In this document: positions 19,575 through 29,546 of the stretch, one piece after another
Layout of the letters: the number at the start of each line of letters is the position of its first letter
Position numbering within the stretch: the first letter of the stretch is position 1
NCBI GenBank assembly: GCA_028693055.1
Contig: JAQUWD010000008.1
Location: 5,768 to 69,767 of the forward strand
Length of the DNA stretch: 64,000 nt
Source of the DNA: Eubacteriales bacterium
GTDB taxonomy: Bacteria; Bacillota; Clostridia; Christensenellales; Aristaeellaceae
Direction of reading: 5' to 3'
Translations under genes and position numbers: made by a program
Notes under the pieces: model-generated
Databases searched by the model: none
Seen by the model: only the letters and a program-made list of their open reading frames with translations
What the model was told of the DNA's origin: nothing

Positions 19575-20845
19575 TGGACACGCTGATTATCGGCGGCGGC
19601 GCAGCCGGTGCGGCGGCAGCGATTGCGGCGGCGGAGAAAGGCAGCCGAGTCACCGTGCTGGAGCGAAACCGCAAGGCGCTGAAAAAGCTTGGCGTTACTG
19701 GCAACGGTCGAGGCAATCTGCAAAACGAGGGAGCGCCGCGCTATTACGGAGACGTGCCCTTTGCCCAGCAGGTGCTGTCTGCAGCTCCCCCCAAGGCGCT
19801 GCGGGAATGGTGGTCACAGCTGGGGGTTCCCCTGTGCACGGAGGAAGAGGGACGCGTTTATCCCTCCTCTCTGTTGGCTGCCAGCGCCGTGGACGCTTTG
19901 CTGTTCCGTATGGCAGAGCTTGGCGTACGGATTCTGCCCAATCTGCGCGTCACCGCCCTTACCCACACCTCCAAAGGCTTTTTCGTGGATGGGCTAGAGT
20001 CGGTCTACGGCGATGATCGCTCCAAGGCTAATGGCAAAATCAAAAAAGGAGAGCTGCTTGCGGAACGTCCCGTCCATTTTCAAGCGGATCGCGTAATCGT
20101 GACGGCTGGCGGCAAAGCCGCGCCCACCCACGGAACCGACGGCACAGCCTACACGCTGCTTCAAGGGCTGGGGCATTCGCTGGTGGAGCCTCGCCCCGCT
20201 CTTTGCGCCCTGCTCACGGATACTGCGCCCGTCAAAGGACTAAGCGGTCAGCGGGTTCGCGCCAAACTGACCTTATGCTCTCGGAAAGGCTCGGTTCTCC
20301 ACCAAAGCCAAGGCGAGGCACTTTTTGCCGACGACGGCGTCAGCGGAATCGCCGCCATGCAGCTCGCCCGTTTTATCGAGGTCGGCTCTATGCTAGAGCT
20401 GGATTTGCGGGAAGCCCTTTGGGGCAACCCGGAAGGCGACTGTGAACAGGCTCTCCGCAGTCGCATAGAGCTCCTGCCGTCAAGAACGCTGGCTTCCTTT
20501 TTCACGGGCGCGACGACCGACGCGTTGTCTTGGGCGATCCTAAAGGCAGCCGACCTGACGGAACGAAATCGTTCCGTCCTCAGCCTGACTGCCGGGGAAG
20601 TGTCGCGCCTAGCCAGCGCCATTACAGCCTTTCCGCTATCCGTCTTGGGCACGCGCGGCTTTGACGCTGCGCAGGTCACTGCGGGCGGCATTTCTACCGA
20701 CGAATTTGACCCAGCCACCATGGAAAGCAGATTGGTACCCGGCCTATACGCTGCCGGTGAAATCCTAAACGTTGACGGCGACTGCGGCGGTTACAACCTG
20801 ATGTTTGCATTTTCTAGCGGTCTCTTAGCCGGAGGGGCATTATGA
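19574..20845 (+). CDS. BaiN/HI0933-like FAD-dependent oxidoreductase
   Basis: Dinucleotide fold LIIGGGAAGAAAAIAAAEKGSRVTVLERN, GVTGNGRGNL, and C-terminal AAGEILNVDGDCGGYNL. Confidence 0.85.
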   Translation: MDTLIIGGGAAGAAAAIAAAEKGSRVTVLERNRKALKKLGVTGNGRGNLQNEGAPRYYGDVPFAQQVLSAAPPKALREWWSQLGVPLCTEEEGRVYPSSLLAASAVDALLFRMAELGVRILPNLRVTALTHTSKGFFVDGLESVYGDDRSKANGKIKKGELLAERPVHFQADRVIVTAGGKAAPTHGTDGTAYTLLQGLGHSLVEPRPALCALLTDTAPVKGLSGQRVRAKLTLCSRKGSVLHQSQGEALFADDGVSGIAAMQLARFIEVGSMLELDLREALWGNPEGDCEQALRSRIELLPSRTLASFFTGATTDALSWAILKAADLTERNRSVLSLTAGEVSRLASAITAFPLSVLGTRGFDAAQVTAGGISTDEFDPATMESRLVPGLYAAGEILNVDGDCGGYNLMFAFSSGLLAGGAL

Positions 20846-20860
20846 CGAGAAATGATTAAA

Positions 20861-20893
20861 ACCGAGTGGACAATGCCCACTCGGTATCTTTTT
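20861..20893. terminator. Hairpin terminator between convergent genes
   Basis: CCGAGTGG-(7 nt)-CCACTCGG followed by TATCTTTTT. Confidence 0.7.
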
Positions 20894-21022
20894 ACCATAG
20901 ATTATTCGATTGTGTGACCTGCTCGACCCCGGAATCGTCTACCCTTTATATTCGCGGCTTCCGCCGGTTATGGGGATTACTGAGAATCCAATGGTCGTTT
21001 CGTTTACCCTCGAAAATCAGGT

Positions 21023-21418
21023 TCAGTCTTCGTCGGTTTCCTCGTCAGATTCAAAGTCAGCCTGTACCACTTCAATGAGTTTTTCGAGCAGGTCGTCATC
21101 CTCTACGGGAACGAAGGATTCCATGTCCTCGCCGTCTTCCTCGGACTCCACAACCTTCATGATATACAAATTGACGGCGCTTTCTTCCTCGTCTTCGTTA
21201 TCTTCTTCGTTCTCGTGATCGCAATGTTCGCATTCACAGCAGCTGCAGTCGCATTCGTCTTCTTGGGTCTCGCCCAAAACTACATATTCTTCGCCGTTGT
21301 AGAAAAAATAACGAACGACCTCCAGCAGAACATTGTTACCATCCTCATCCACACCCTCGATGAGGTCACGTTCTTGATCGGCGGCTTCGCCGCCCAGAGA
21401 CTGATCTTTTTCGTCCAA
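21023..21418 (-). CDS. DUF1292-family acidic protein
   Basis: Core DEDGNNVLLEVVRYFFYNGEEYVVL with very acidic tails. Apparent TTG start. Confidence 0.7.
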   Translation of the reverse strand: MDEKDQSLGGEAADQERDLIEGVDEDGNNVLLEVVRYFFYNGEEYVVLGETQEDECDCSCCECEHCDHENEEDNEDEEESAVNLYIMKVVESEEDGEDMESFVPVEDDDLLEKLIEVVQADFESDEETDED

Positions 21419-21718
21419 TGGAATCGCCCTACTTTCTTCGCATCATTTCCCAGCGCAACCAACGCGCTTCTCAGGAGAACCAGCAGGAACAACCGAAGTT
21501 GGCTTCCTGTGAATCCCGGTTCCATACCGCCGTGTCAACACAGCCTGCGGTTCTGGGAGAACCTCCGGGATGGGAGGCGGGTTTCCTCGAACCTTAACCC
21601 TTTTCTTGGCTCGTCCTTATTATAACCGAAAGGTCGGAAATAAACAAGGCTTTTTGTGCAAATAAAATCGTTGATTTTTGGGTATTTTTGAGGTAAAATA
21701 AATCTGTTGGGCAAGCGA

Positions 21719-21931
21719 TCAGCGCTTGTCCGCTTTCTTTTGGAGAGGCGTTAAGGAACCGTCCTTTTCCTGAATCCGCACGTTTTGGAGCACCTGCTCC
21801 ATGTTAGACCGAAAGCCCGCCAAATACTCCGCGTGCAGGGCCTTGCGCTCCGCCTCCTCCTCCGGGGTCAGCAGACGCTCCTTCTTTGCGCGGGCTAAGG
21901 CGTTGATTCGTTCTATCTTTTCCGTTTCCAT
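21719..21931 (-). CDS. DUF896 (UPF0291) family small protein
   Basis: EKIERINALARAKKERLLTPEEEAERKALHAEYLAGFRSNMEQVL is typical of the family. ATG at 21931. Confidence 0.75.
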   Translation of the reverse strand: METEKIERINALARAKKERLLTPEEEAERKALHAEYLAGFRSNMEQVLQNVRIQEKDGSLTPLQKKADKR

Positions 21932-21961
21932 CCTACGCACCCTTTCTTTGGAGGTTCGATT

Positions 21962-22432
21962 ATGGTTCAAGGTAAATGGTTTCCCATGGGCGCGGAGATC
22001 TCCGAGCCCCTTGCCGTCCGTCAACAGGTCTTTGGCCGCCAGCGAGATGCTCTGGATTCCAGCGCCCAGCAGGTGGTCGTCTATAAGGAAAACCGTCCGG
22101 TGGGCGCAGGCCGCCTATGGTGGTCGGAGGGCGCGTTTATGCTGGGAGAGGTGGGCGTACTTGAAAGCGAACGTGGGCAAGGCTTTGGCGATCTACTGGT
22201 ACGCCTTCTCCTGTTTAAAGCCTTGACCCACAGTGCGGGAACCATTCAGCTGGACGCGCCCAAAGCCATAGCGCCCTTTTTTGCCCGTTATGGCTTTGCT
22301 CCCCTTCAAGAAAGCGGAGACGTCCTTCGCATGTCCATCGCGGGTAAGGACGTACAGCTCAGCCACTGCGGCGGTAATTGCGCGGAGTGCGCCCATCCCT
22401 CGGAGGAATGTGTGCCCAAGGCGCTTCGGTAA
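21962..22432 (+). CDS. GNAT-family N-acetyltransferase with C-terminal CX3CX2C tail
   Basis: Acetyl-CoA motif VLESERGQGFGDLLVRLL. C-terminal HCGGNCAECAHPSEEC. Confidence 0.8.
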   Translation: MVQGKWFPMGAEISEPLAVRQQVFGRQRDALDSSAQQVVVYKENRPVGAGRLWWSEGAFMLGEVGVLESERGQGFGDLLVRLLLFKALTHSAGTIQLDAPKAIAPFFARYGFAPLQESGDVLRMSIAGKDVQLSHCGGNCAECAHPSEECVPKALR

Positions 22433-22435
22433 TCC

Positions 22436-23575
22436 TTACTTCGGTTGGTTTTCCTCGATGAGCTTTTTGGGGAAAACCCATTTGCGCTGCAAGTAGTAGC
22501 TCAGGAAAAACAGCGCGATATCCACGGGAATCTTCGCCGTGTTGTCGCTCCAGCCCAGCCAGAGATGCATGCTGCTGGTCAGCCCAGCCGAGAGCAGCAT
22601 AATCAAGAAGAAAACGCCCAGATACCGGGGAAAGCTTTTTCGGTTGGACCCCTTATAGCGAAAGACCACCTTGAAATTCAGAAAATAATTCACCGTGCCG
22701 GAAACGATTCGCGCTGCGATGGTAGCCAGCGCAATCCGGGAGATCACCGATATAAACAAAAACCGAAACTGATGCTCAAGGGCCGGTACGTAAGCCTTGA
22801 ATAGATTGTTCAGCAATAGATACAAAAGATAATCCACCAAAAAGCTGATGAGCGAAGTGCTGATAAAGCGGAAGAAGCCCGCAAAGATTACGCCGTAAAT
22901 ACGAGCGCTATCCTGTAGCACACGGAAATGCGTTCCCTCGTTGTTATTTTCATAAACGGTCTCGATGGTCAAAGGCCGAATGGGAAGCTTCAAGCCCGCG
23001 CACTCGATCAGCTCATTCATCTCGTATTCATAGCGGTCGCCCTTGACAGCCAGCATCGAAGGCAAAATAGCGCGATCAAAGCCCCGCAGGCCGGTTTGGG
23101 TGTCCCCCACCCAACGCCCATAAAGCAGCTTGAAGATGACGGAGGTGATCCGGTTGCCCATGCGGCTCTTCGGCGGAACGTTGCTGCCGGAAAAATCTCG
23201 GCTGCCCAGCAGCATTCCCTCGTGATTTTCGTCCAGCGCTTCCGCCATACGAATCACGTCCTTTACCGTATGCTGTCCGTCGCTGTCCGCCGTTACGATA
23301 AAGCGCTGCTCCGGGCAGCAATCCTTCACGTAGGTCATTCCCGCCCGCAGCGCCACGCCCTTGCCGCCGTTTGGCATATAGGAAATGACATGAACCGTTT
23401 CATCCTGCTCCATGCTATTAAAAATTGGTGCAAAGCCCTCGCCGCTGCCGTCGTCTACCACAATCACCTTGCCAAAGCCCGCGTCCTTCAACGCCTTTAC
23501 ATAAGGCGGAAGCCGATCGTCCGGCTTGTAAGCCGGGATGACGATAGCCGTTTCTTTTGCTAGCCGTAAATCCAT
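22436..23575 (-). CDS. Family-2 glycosyltransferase fused to a GtrA-like membrane domain
   Basis: N-terminal IVIPAYKPDD...VVDDGS...TADSDGQH (GT2 DxD), and C-terminal 4-TM GtrA-like segment ending in YYLQRKWVF. Confidence 0.8.
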   Translation of the reverse strand: MDLRLAKETAIVIPAYKPDDRLPPYVKALKDAGFGKVIVVDDGSGEGFAPIFNSMEQDETVHVISYMPNGGKGVALRAGMTYVKDCCPEQRFIVTADSDGQHTVKDVIRMAEALDENHEGMLLGSRDFSGSNVPPKSRMGNRITSVIFKLLYGRWVGDTQTGLRGFDRAILPSMLAVKGDRYEYEMNELIECAGLKLPIRPLTIETVYENNNEGTHFRVLQDSARIYGVIFAGFFRFISTSLISFLVDYLLYLLLNNLFKAYVPALEHQFRFLFISVISRIALATIAARIVSGTVNYFLNFKVVFRYKGSNRKSFPRYLGVFFLIMLLSAGLTSSMHLWLGWSDNTAKIPVDIALFFLSYYLQRKWVFPKKLIEENQPK

Positions 23576-23609
23576 CTCTATCCATCCTTTCGTATAGGAG
23601 GTCTGGCGC

Positions 23610-25103
23610 TTACTTCATTTCCGTATCCAGATAGTCCACCATCAGCGGTTCGTAATCCTCTCCCGTAAGCGCTGTCAAAAGCGCCGTAAAGTCCGCCCGA
23701 GACGCGCGTCCAAAGGCATAGCGCTGATAATACCCGCGCAGAAAATCGTTGAGTCCGCCGCCCATCATCTCATCAAGCGCGCAGAGCATAGCGGTAGCCC
23801 GATTGTATGCCAAGATGACATATTGCCCCATGGAGCTAAAATAATCAAGGGGTGCGCCGGGCGTTACCCCGGAAGGAATCGTAACCCTCATTGAGGGAGC
23901 GACGCGGCTTTCATAAAGCGCCTCTCGCTCTCCCGCGCCGTAACGCTGCCCCACATAGGTCAAAAGGCTGTACTCGCATAAGGCTTCATCCTGCCATGCA
24001 TCGCTAATGGAATCACTGCCCACCACCGCATACCACCACTGGTGAGCCACCTCATGCACAACGGCATATTCCAGCTCTCTTCCCCCCGCCGCAACGGTAT
24101 CGGAGCCGAGCATCACCATGGCCGGGTATTCCATTCCTGCGTCGGGGCAGACGATTTCGCCTACCGACAGGCTTTGGTAGGGATAAGCACCGTACAGACC
24201 TTCGAAGGTCTCTAGCGCCTTTTTCACATACCCGGCGATTTCCTCTGACCTATCGCTGCTGAGTATGTTTAGCAACGTATCTCCTGCCATGGCCTGTGCC
24301 TGTTGAAGGTGAGGCCCGATGACCATCGCAAAATCCCGTACCGCCAGCGAGCGAAAGCGATAGATCGTTTTCTCTCCGTCCGCTTCCTCCTCGGCATATC
24401 CCGTGGCAGCGCAGCGATATCCCTTGGGGACGGTGAGCGTAACGGTATAATTGGCTACATCGCTCAGGAAGGGATCGCCTATGGAGCCGTATGCGTCCGT
24501 GCGATAGGCTCCATTTTCCCAAACGGCGGGAATGATAAAGGCATTGCCCAAAGCGAAGGTATCCTCTTGCAATCCAAAGCGATAGGCTGCTTTGGGTACG
24601 ACAATTCCATAGGTCAAGGTAACGGTTACCTGCTCGCCCGTCCTCCACGGCTCCTCCAGCGGAAGCATGAGCATGGTTTTAGCCTCGTCGGTATAACGGT
24701 ATTGCACAGCTCGGGCTTCTTGACCCGATTTTGCCACCAGCGCCTCTGAAATGACCAGCGCTCCCGAGGAGAAGCCAGTGGGATAGTAGCGCTCGTTCTG
24801 GTCGTCCATTGCACAGGGCGAGCCGTCCAACGACTGAAACGCGTTGGGATAGGTTCGCAGCACCAGCTGATCTCGGCTTTCCTCTACTGTAGAGGTCAGC
24901 CGCAACGTTTGGTGAACCTCCAACGTGCGAGCGTCCGGCAGTAGCGTTGCCTCGATCTCTATCTCATCCAATCCCTGAGCCGCCTTTAGCAGCTCCTGTC
25001 CCGGCGGCTTCAGCGCCGGTTTGGGCTGGCTGACCCACAAAGCGACGGCAATCAAAGCGACTACCAGCACGCCTGCAAGCCATAGGAGCTTTTTCTTTTT
25101 CAA
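23610..25103 (-). CDS. M1-family zinc metallopeptidase, membrane-anchored
   Basis: HEVAHQWWY zinc motif with a downstream WQDEALCEY glutamate. N-terminal signal/anchor. Confidence 0.85.
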   Translation of the reverse strand: MKKKKLLWLAGVLVVALIAVALWVSQPKPALKPPGQELLKAAQGLDEIEIEATLLPDARTLEVHQTLRLTSTVEESRDQLVLRTYPNAFQSLDGSPCAMDDQNERYYPTGFSSGALVISEALVAKSGQEARAVQYRYTDEAKTMLMLPLEEPWRTGEQVTVTLTYGIVVPKAAYRFGLQEDTFALGNAFIIPAVWENGAYRTDAYGSIGDPFLSDVANYTVTLTVPKGYRCAATGYAEEEADGEKTIYRFRSLAVRDFAMVIGPHLQQAQAMAGDTLLNILSSDRSEEIAGYVKKALETFEGLYGAYPYQSLSVGEIVCPDAGMEYPAMVMLGSDTVAAGGRELEYAVVHEVAHQWWYAVVGSDSISDAWQDEALCEYSLLTYVGQRYGAGEREALYESRVAPSMRVTIPSGVTPGAPLDYFSSMGQYVILAYNRATAMLCALDEMMGGGLNDFLRGYYQRYAFGRASRADFTALLTALTGEDYEPLMVDYLDTEMK

Positions 25104-26164
25104 ATCAGCGACCCCACATTGGTTAACAGTCGAAGCATCTGATCCAGCACAACGTTCATCAGGCTACCGCCTGCCAAGCCCATAATCAGCAACGACGCTG
25201 CGATGGAAATGACAAAGCATACGGCCTTGGCGTGAAAAAGCTGAGCGTCGTCCCGTCCCGTTAAATAGCTGAGCAGCGCGCCCAATTGTAAATAATTGAT
25301 CACCACACCGCAAAGAATGCAGACCAAGGAAAGCCAGGGGGTCAGCAACGAAAGCAGCATGGAAAGCAGCGCCGCCGCCACCGTCACAAAACTGGGAATG
25401 GCGATCAAGCCCAGCGCCGCGGGCCACGAGAAGCGAAGCTTGCACAGGAAGGTCAGATATACCGTGGTTACGATGGTGGGTACGAGCATAGCAATCAGCT
25501 GGCACAGCGCGGCAATCCCGCCCACCGAAGGCGCGATCCGCCCCGCCACATAGTTGATGCCCTGATTCATGGAGCTTGCATCGCTGGCCATGGTAACGCC
25601 CGTCAGCGTAGATACCAGTGAAAAGACGGTACCTACAACGCCCCGCATGACCGTCATACCGCATAAAAAGCTGACCAGCAATACCACTCCCGCTACAATC
25701 GGGCAGGTGAAGGTATCGTTACGCTCCAACAATTCACGCATAAGTCCAGCGGGAGAGCGAATGCTGCTCATGAAGGAATGGGGCAGCTCGCTAATGGCCG
25801 TCAAAAGCGGATTGGCATTGGGGCGCTGCTCCCCGTAGGTATAGGGTTGTTGATAGCCCTGCGGCTCAAAGGGCGTTTGATAGCCCTGTGGACCCGGATA
25901 GCCCGGATTGACCGGAGGATACCCTCCCGCTCCCTGTTGAGGATAGCCCTGTTGAGGAAAGCCCTGCTGGGGGAAGCTCTGCTGAGGATAGCCCTGCTGA
26001 GGAAAACCTTGCTGATACCCCGTCGGAAAGCCCTGCGGCGGGTACGTCGGCTGCTGCTCGGGATAGCCTTGAGGAGCGGTATAGCCCGCCGCCACAGGCT
26101 CGTTACACACCGGGCAAAAAAGTGCGCCGGGGGCAAGGACGCTGCCACATTTTGGACAATTCAT
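25100..26164 (-). CDS. Zinc-ribbon / Pro-Gln-rich repeat / Yip1-like multi-pass membrane protein
   Basis: [10 protein letters not shown]...CPVC zinc ribbon, ~80 aa of [10 protein letters not shown]-type repeats, then 5 TM segments. Confidence 0.65.
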   Translation of the reverse strand: MNCPKCGSVLAPGALFCPVCNEPVAAGYTAPQGYPEQQPTYPPQGFPTGYQQGFPQQGYPQQSFPQQGFPQQGYPQQGAGGYPPVNPGYPGPQGYQTPFEPQGYQQPYTYGEQRPNANPLLTAISELPHSFMSSIRSPAGLMRELLERNDTFTCPIVAGVVLLVSFLCGMTVMRGVVGTVFSLVSTLTGVTMASDASSMNQGINYVAGRIAPSVGGIAALCQLIAMLVPTIVTTVYLTFLCKLRFSWPAALGLIAIPSFVTVAAALLSMLLSLLTPWLSLVCILCGVVINYLQLGALLSYLTGRDDAQLFHAKAVCFVISIAASLLIMGLAGGSLMNVVLDQMLRLLTNVGSLI

Positions 26165-26226
26165 GAAAGCCTCCTGAATTCATAAGCTAAAAGTACGGCT
26201 TATCATAGCACGCCGCTTTCACTCCG

Positions 26227-28470
26227 TCAATCCTCCGTCCGCTTCGCAAGAGCGCTACGGGCTGCGGGAATCAGAGAACGATCCAACAGATACAGCCGCA
26301 TGGTATCCGTTTCCACCACCTGTTCCTCAGGCAGCGTTTGCAGCCAAGCGTGCAGCGTAGTCAGCGGGAAATAGCGTTCATCCCAGAAGGCGGGCTCCGT
26401 AGCGATCATTCCCACCTGTAATCTTTCCAATTCGCCAGGGATTTCATCCTCGGTCATGTTCAAAATCGGCACAATCGGATTGGAGAGCAGCAGGTAACCC
26501 TTTCCCTGAATGGCATACTGATAGCCTACCCGGGTTAGCAATATCTTCTCATTCTCCGGCACCGCCTCCGCCACAGCCCTCAGCAGATCGTACCGTTCCC
26601 GAAACCCGTTGTCCAAAAGGATGCTTTCGCTCTCCATCACGTTCCGGCTGTCCCGATAAAAGCTGGTGGTATAGCCCGTTTGATTGGTGCCCTTCACAAA
26701 GCCCAGCACACACAAAAGAGCGCAAAGCCATAGCGGCAGCGCACGCACCCAGCGATCCAGCTTTCCTTTCCCGTCATGGCGCTCAAGCCATGCCCATTTC
26801 CGCTTCCGCACAGCGTCGCAAAAGCGGGGCCACCCCTGCGCTACCGCCGCCAGCAAAGCGCAAATCATCACCGCCGCCAGCATAAACCATTGCAGCGTAT
26901 AGCGCGGCAGCTTCAAAAACGAGCCGGAAAAGCTGTATAGCTTACTATCCAGCAAGCCCGTCATGGGAGCCAGCGTAAGCAAGGTCAACAGCGTTCCGTA
27001 TAAAAGCCTTGACGCGTTGGCCATGGGCGCATCCTCCGGAGCGGTCAGCCGCACGGCGGCTGGGTCGGTTCCCATTCCTGAGGCTCTGGCTTCAATCAAA
27101 ATCGTTTGCTCTTGCTTTTTAATTTGAGCCCGCCTGTAAAACAGCCAAACCGCCACTCCCACCAGCGCCGTCACCGCCAGCCAAAAACCCCAAAAGCCTA
27201 TGGGCGTTGCATAGCTGAGCAGAATATCATCCTTCGCCTGCCAAAAGCTCAGGTGAGTGGTGGTCTCGTCCAGCTTATACTCGATATCCATATACATGGA
27301 ATACCAAGGCGCAGTGGTATAGGTGGTCATCAGCCGCCAAGGAGACATCTCTCCCCATTTGAAGAAGCACCAAAGGTTGCCCAAATAGGCAGTAACCGTG
27401 CCCGCCGCGCCAAAAAGGGCAATGCCCAGCGCGGAAAAGGCGGTGGGCAGCGCCGTACGGTCTCGCCGCATCAACGCCTCGCCCCAACGCCAGAGCACCC
27501 AAGCCGCCACCACAAAGGGCAGCACTACAAAGCTGACCACATGAGTGCTCATCACCGTGAAGCATACGCCAAAGCTCAAAAGCAGCTTGCCAATATATGC
27601 CTTTGCCTTTCCCAATGGACGAATGCCGTAAAACACCAGCATGCTGATCAAAATACCCACGATGCGCCAGATATCCCGAGGCGCGGCGGCTACGGAATCA
27701 TATAGATTCGGCACCAGATTCACCAGTACCAAGCCCAGCAGCACGAAAGCCTTACGCTCTTTGCAAAGGATTAGCAGCAGCGCGGCATAGGCTGCCAATG
27801 CATAGAAAATCAACATTCCGATTCCCGTAAAGGCGGCTTTATCGTTTGGGTAGCCATAAGCCTGACCGGGAGCGTGAAACAGGCCGTAGCTCATATACAA
27901 TTCCAGCGATGGAAAATGGCTGTGGCCGCGAAAATGGCCGACGGTTTCTTCTTTTTCCAACAGGTTGCCAATGCTGCGGTCATTGCAGTAGCGCTCAGCC
28001 AGCGCCATGTACTCTCCCGCGTCTCCACCCTGAATGGAGTTCATGCTGGACAGAAAGCGCACACAGGGCGGCAATAGCAAAATCATTACGCACAAGGCAA
28101 AGCACAGGCAGATCAGGCTGGGCTTATCAAAGCGGCAAAGGCGGCGCACAAACAACCCGCCCCGATGAAGCAGCGCCTTGAGTCTCTTCATTCTGCGAAG
28201 GGTCATCCCAAGCAGCAAAAGCAACGAAAGCGCGGGAAGCGCCCCGATATACAAAAGCTTGGGAGCCGTCGGCCACGAAAAGGAGAGCAGCAGCATCCAC
28301 AGGTACTGTACCAGCGGCGTTGCTGCCACGCCGGTCAGAAAGCAGGCTGCCGGGCTTTCCCGGGCAAACCAGCGCCGAGCCGTAAACAAAGCGCCCAGCG
28401 CCAGCGCCTGTATCCCACAGGAAAGCAAGAATATATTTCGCCAGCCGTTGCCAACATCCAGCCACGTCAT
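26227..28470 (-). CDS. Large polytopic membrane protein (747 aa), function unknown, in glycan cluster
   Basis: Long ORF with >12 hydrophobic segments and a soluble C-terminal domain. ATGA overlap with the upstream gene. Confidence 0.6.
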   Translation of the reverse strand: MTWLDVGNGWRNIFLLSCGIQALALGALFTARRWFARESPAACFLTGVAATPLVQYLWMLLLSFSWPTAPKLLYIGALPALSLLLLLGMTLRRMKRLKALLHRGGLFVRRLCRFDKPSLICLCFALCVMILLLPPCVRFLSSMNSIQGGDAGEYMALAERYCNDRSIGNLLEKEETVGHFRGHSHFPSLELYMSYGLFHAPGQAYGYPNDKAAFTGIGMLIFYALAAYAALLLILCKERKAFVLLGLVLVNLVPNLYDSVAAAPRDIWRIVGILISMLVFYGIRPLGKAKAYIGKLLLSFGVCFTVMSTHVVSFVVLPFVVAAWVLWRWGEALMRRDRTALPTAFSALGIALFGAAGTVTAYLGNLWCFFKWGEMSPWRLMTTYTTAPWYSMYMDIEYKLDETTTHLSFWQAKDDILLSYATPIGFWGFWLAVTALVGVAVWLFYRRAQIKKQEQTILIEARASGMGTDPAAVRLTAPEDAPMANASRLLYGTLLTLLTLAPMTGLLDSKLYSFSGSFLKLPRYTLQWFMLAAVMICALLAAVAQGWPRFCDAVRKRKWAWLERHDGKGKLDRWVRALPLWLCALLCVLGFVKGTNQTGYTTSFYRDSRNVMESESILLDNGFRERYDLLRAVAEAVPENEKILLTRVGYQYAIQGKGYLLLSNPIVPILNMTEDEIPGELERLQVGMIATEPAFWDERYFPLTTLHAWLQTLPEEQVVETDTMRLYLLDRSLIPAARSALAKRTED

Positions 28471-29525
28471 CAGCCTTTCCTCCCCGCCTGAACCAGCCGC
28501 TCCATCTCCGCCATATAATAGCGGTTGATATCCATCTTTTCACTCAGCAGCTTTTGCTGCTTTTCCCGTCCCTTTTGAACCAGCTCCGGGTCGTTCAGCA
28601 GTTCCTCCGCCTTCCGGGTCGCCCGCTCGTAGCGGTCCTCCCCGTCGTTAAAATTGTACAGGAGGTGGAAACGCTCGCTTTGCTCCTGCGTGCTTCCGCT
28701 TTTAATCACATTCACATACAGCGCGTGGGTTCCCAGCACCACAGCCTCGCTGGCCATGGTCGCCCCCTCGCTATACACCAATTTGGCAAAAGCCAACACA
28801 TGATGCACCAGCTCGTAGGGGGTCTTGAGCAGGTTCGGCTCCAGCGCCTTGGGAACGTCGCCCTCGGCGCTTACATACACCTTGCCGTATTTCGATAAAC
28901 GCCTGACCAAATCGATCTTTCCATCGTCGTCCAAGCCTTTTTTGCCGATGTCATGGCTGGCGTTCCATGCCACAAAGCGCACCAGAATATAGTCCTCGTC
29001 CGGCAAAAAGCCCGCGTCCCGCAGCACCTGTCGATCCGGCGTAAATACGGAGGGATGGAGATAGAACAGCTCCTTATAGGTGTCCAGCCGCTCCTGCTTT
29101 TTGCCCAGCTCCGTTAAAAAAGTGCGTGGGGTAAGTATCTTTGTAGACAGGCGCTTGCATATGCGAAGGCTGAATTTGCTGACCTCCGTATCCTCATAGA
29201 CCAAATGCGGCTTGCCCGTTACAAAAGCCGCTATGGCCATCATCGGCGAGGCTCGGCCAATGAAAATATCCGGCTGGAAGCGCAGCGCTTCCCAGATAAA
29301 GCGAAAGGTAAGACCGATGAACAGCCCCCCTTTTTCCACCACATTGGTGCCCGTGGAACGGGAGCAGCGCACGTAAGGAATATGGAAGCGTTCAAGAAGC
29401 ATGCTATTGCCGTCCTTCTCCGCAACCAACGTGCGTACGGCGTTACCCATCTTCGTTTCCTGATCAATAATATAGTGAAACTGATGCACCCACGCAGGAT
29501 GTTGAATACAAATCATGGCTTTCAT
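28470..29525 (-). CDS. DUF354-like (GT-B/epimerase-like fold) protein
   Basis: The N-terminus MKAMICIQHPAWVHQFHYII resembles the DUF354 start (ITHPAHVHFF-type). Size ~350 aa. Lies in the glycan cluster. Confidence 0.5.
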   Translation of the reverse strand: MKAMICIQHPAWVHQFHYIIDQETKMGNAVRTLVAEKDGNSMLLERFHIPYVRCSRSTGTNVVEKGGLFIGLTFRFIWEALRFQPDIFIGRASPMMAIAAFVTGKPHLVYEDTEVSKFSLRICKRLSTKILTPRTFLTELGKKQERLDTYKELFYLHPSVFTPDRQVLRDAGFLPDEDYILVRFVAWNASHDIGKKGLDDDGKIDLVRRLSKYGKVYVSAEGDVPKALEPNLLKTPYELVHHVLAFAKLVYSEGATMASEAVVLGTHALYVNVIKSGSTQEQSERFHLLYNFNDGEDRYERATRKAEELLNDPELVQKGREKQQKLLSEKMDINRYYMAEMERLVQAGRKG

Positions 29526-29546
29526 AGCAAGGCCCTCTCTCGCAGC

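Noticed and set aside
21430-21620. Resemblance to RNase P RNA (GAGGAAAcCCGCCTCC) or SRP RNA (GGTTCTCCC, GGAAGC)
   Set aside because: The region is too short (~200 nt). It lacks the GAGGAAAGTCC box and the other conserved RNase P regions, and it lacks the SRP domain-IV GTCAGG...GGAAGCAGC motif. Kept only as an unclassified structured-RNA candidate.
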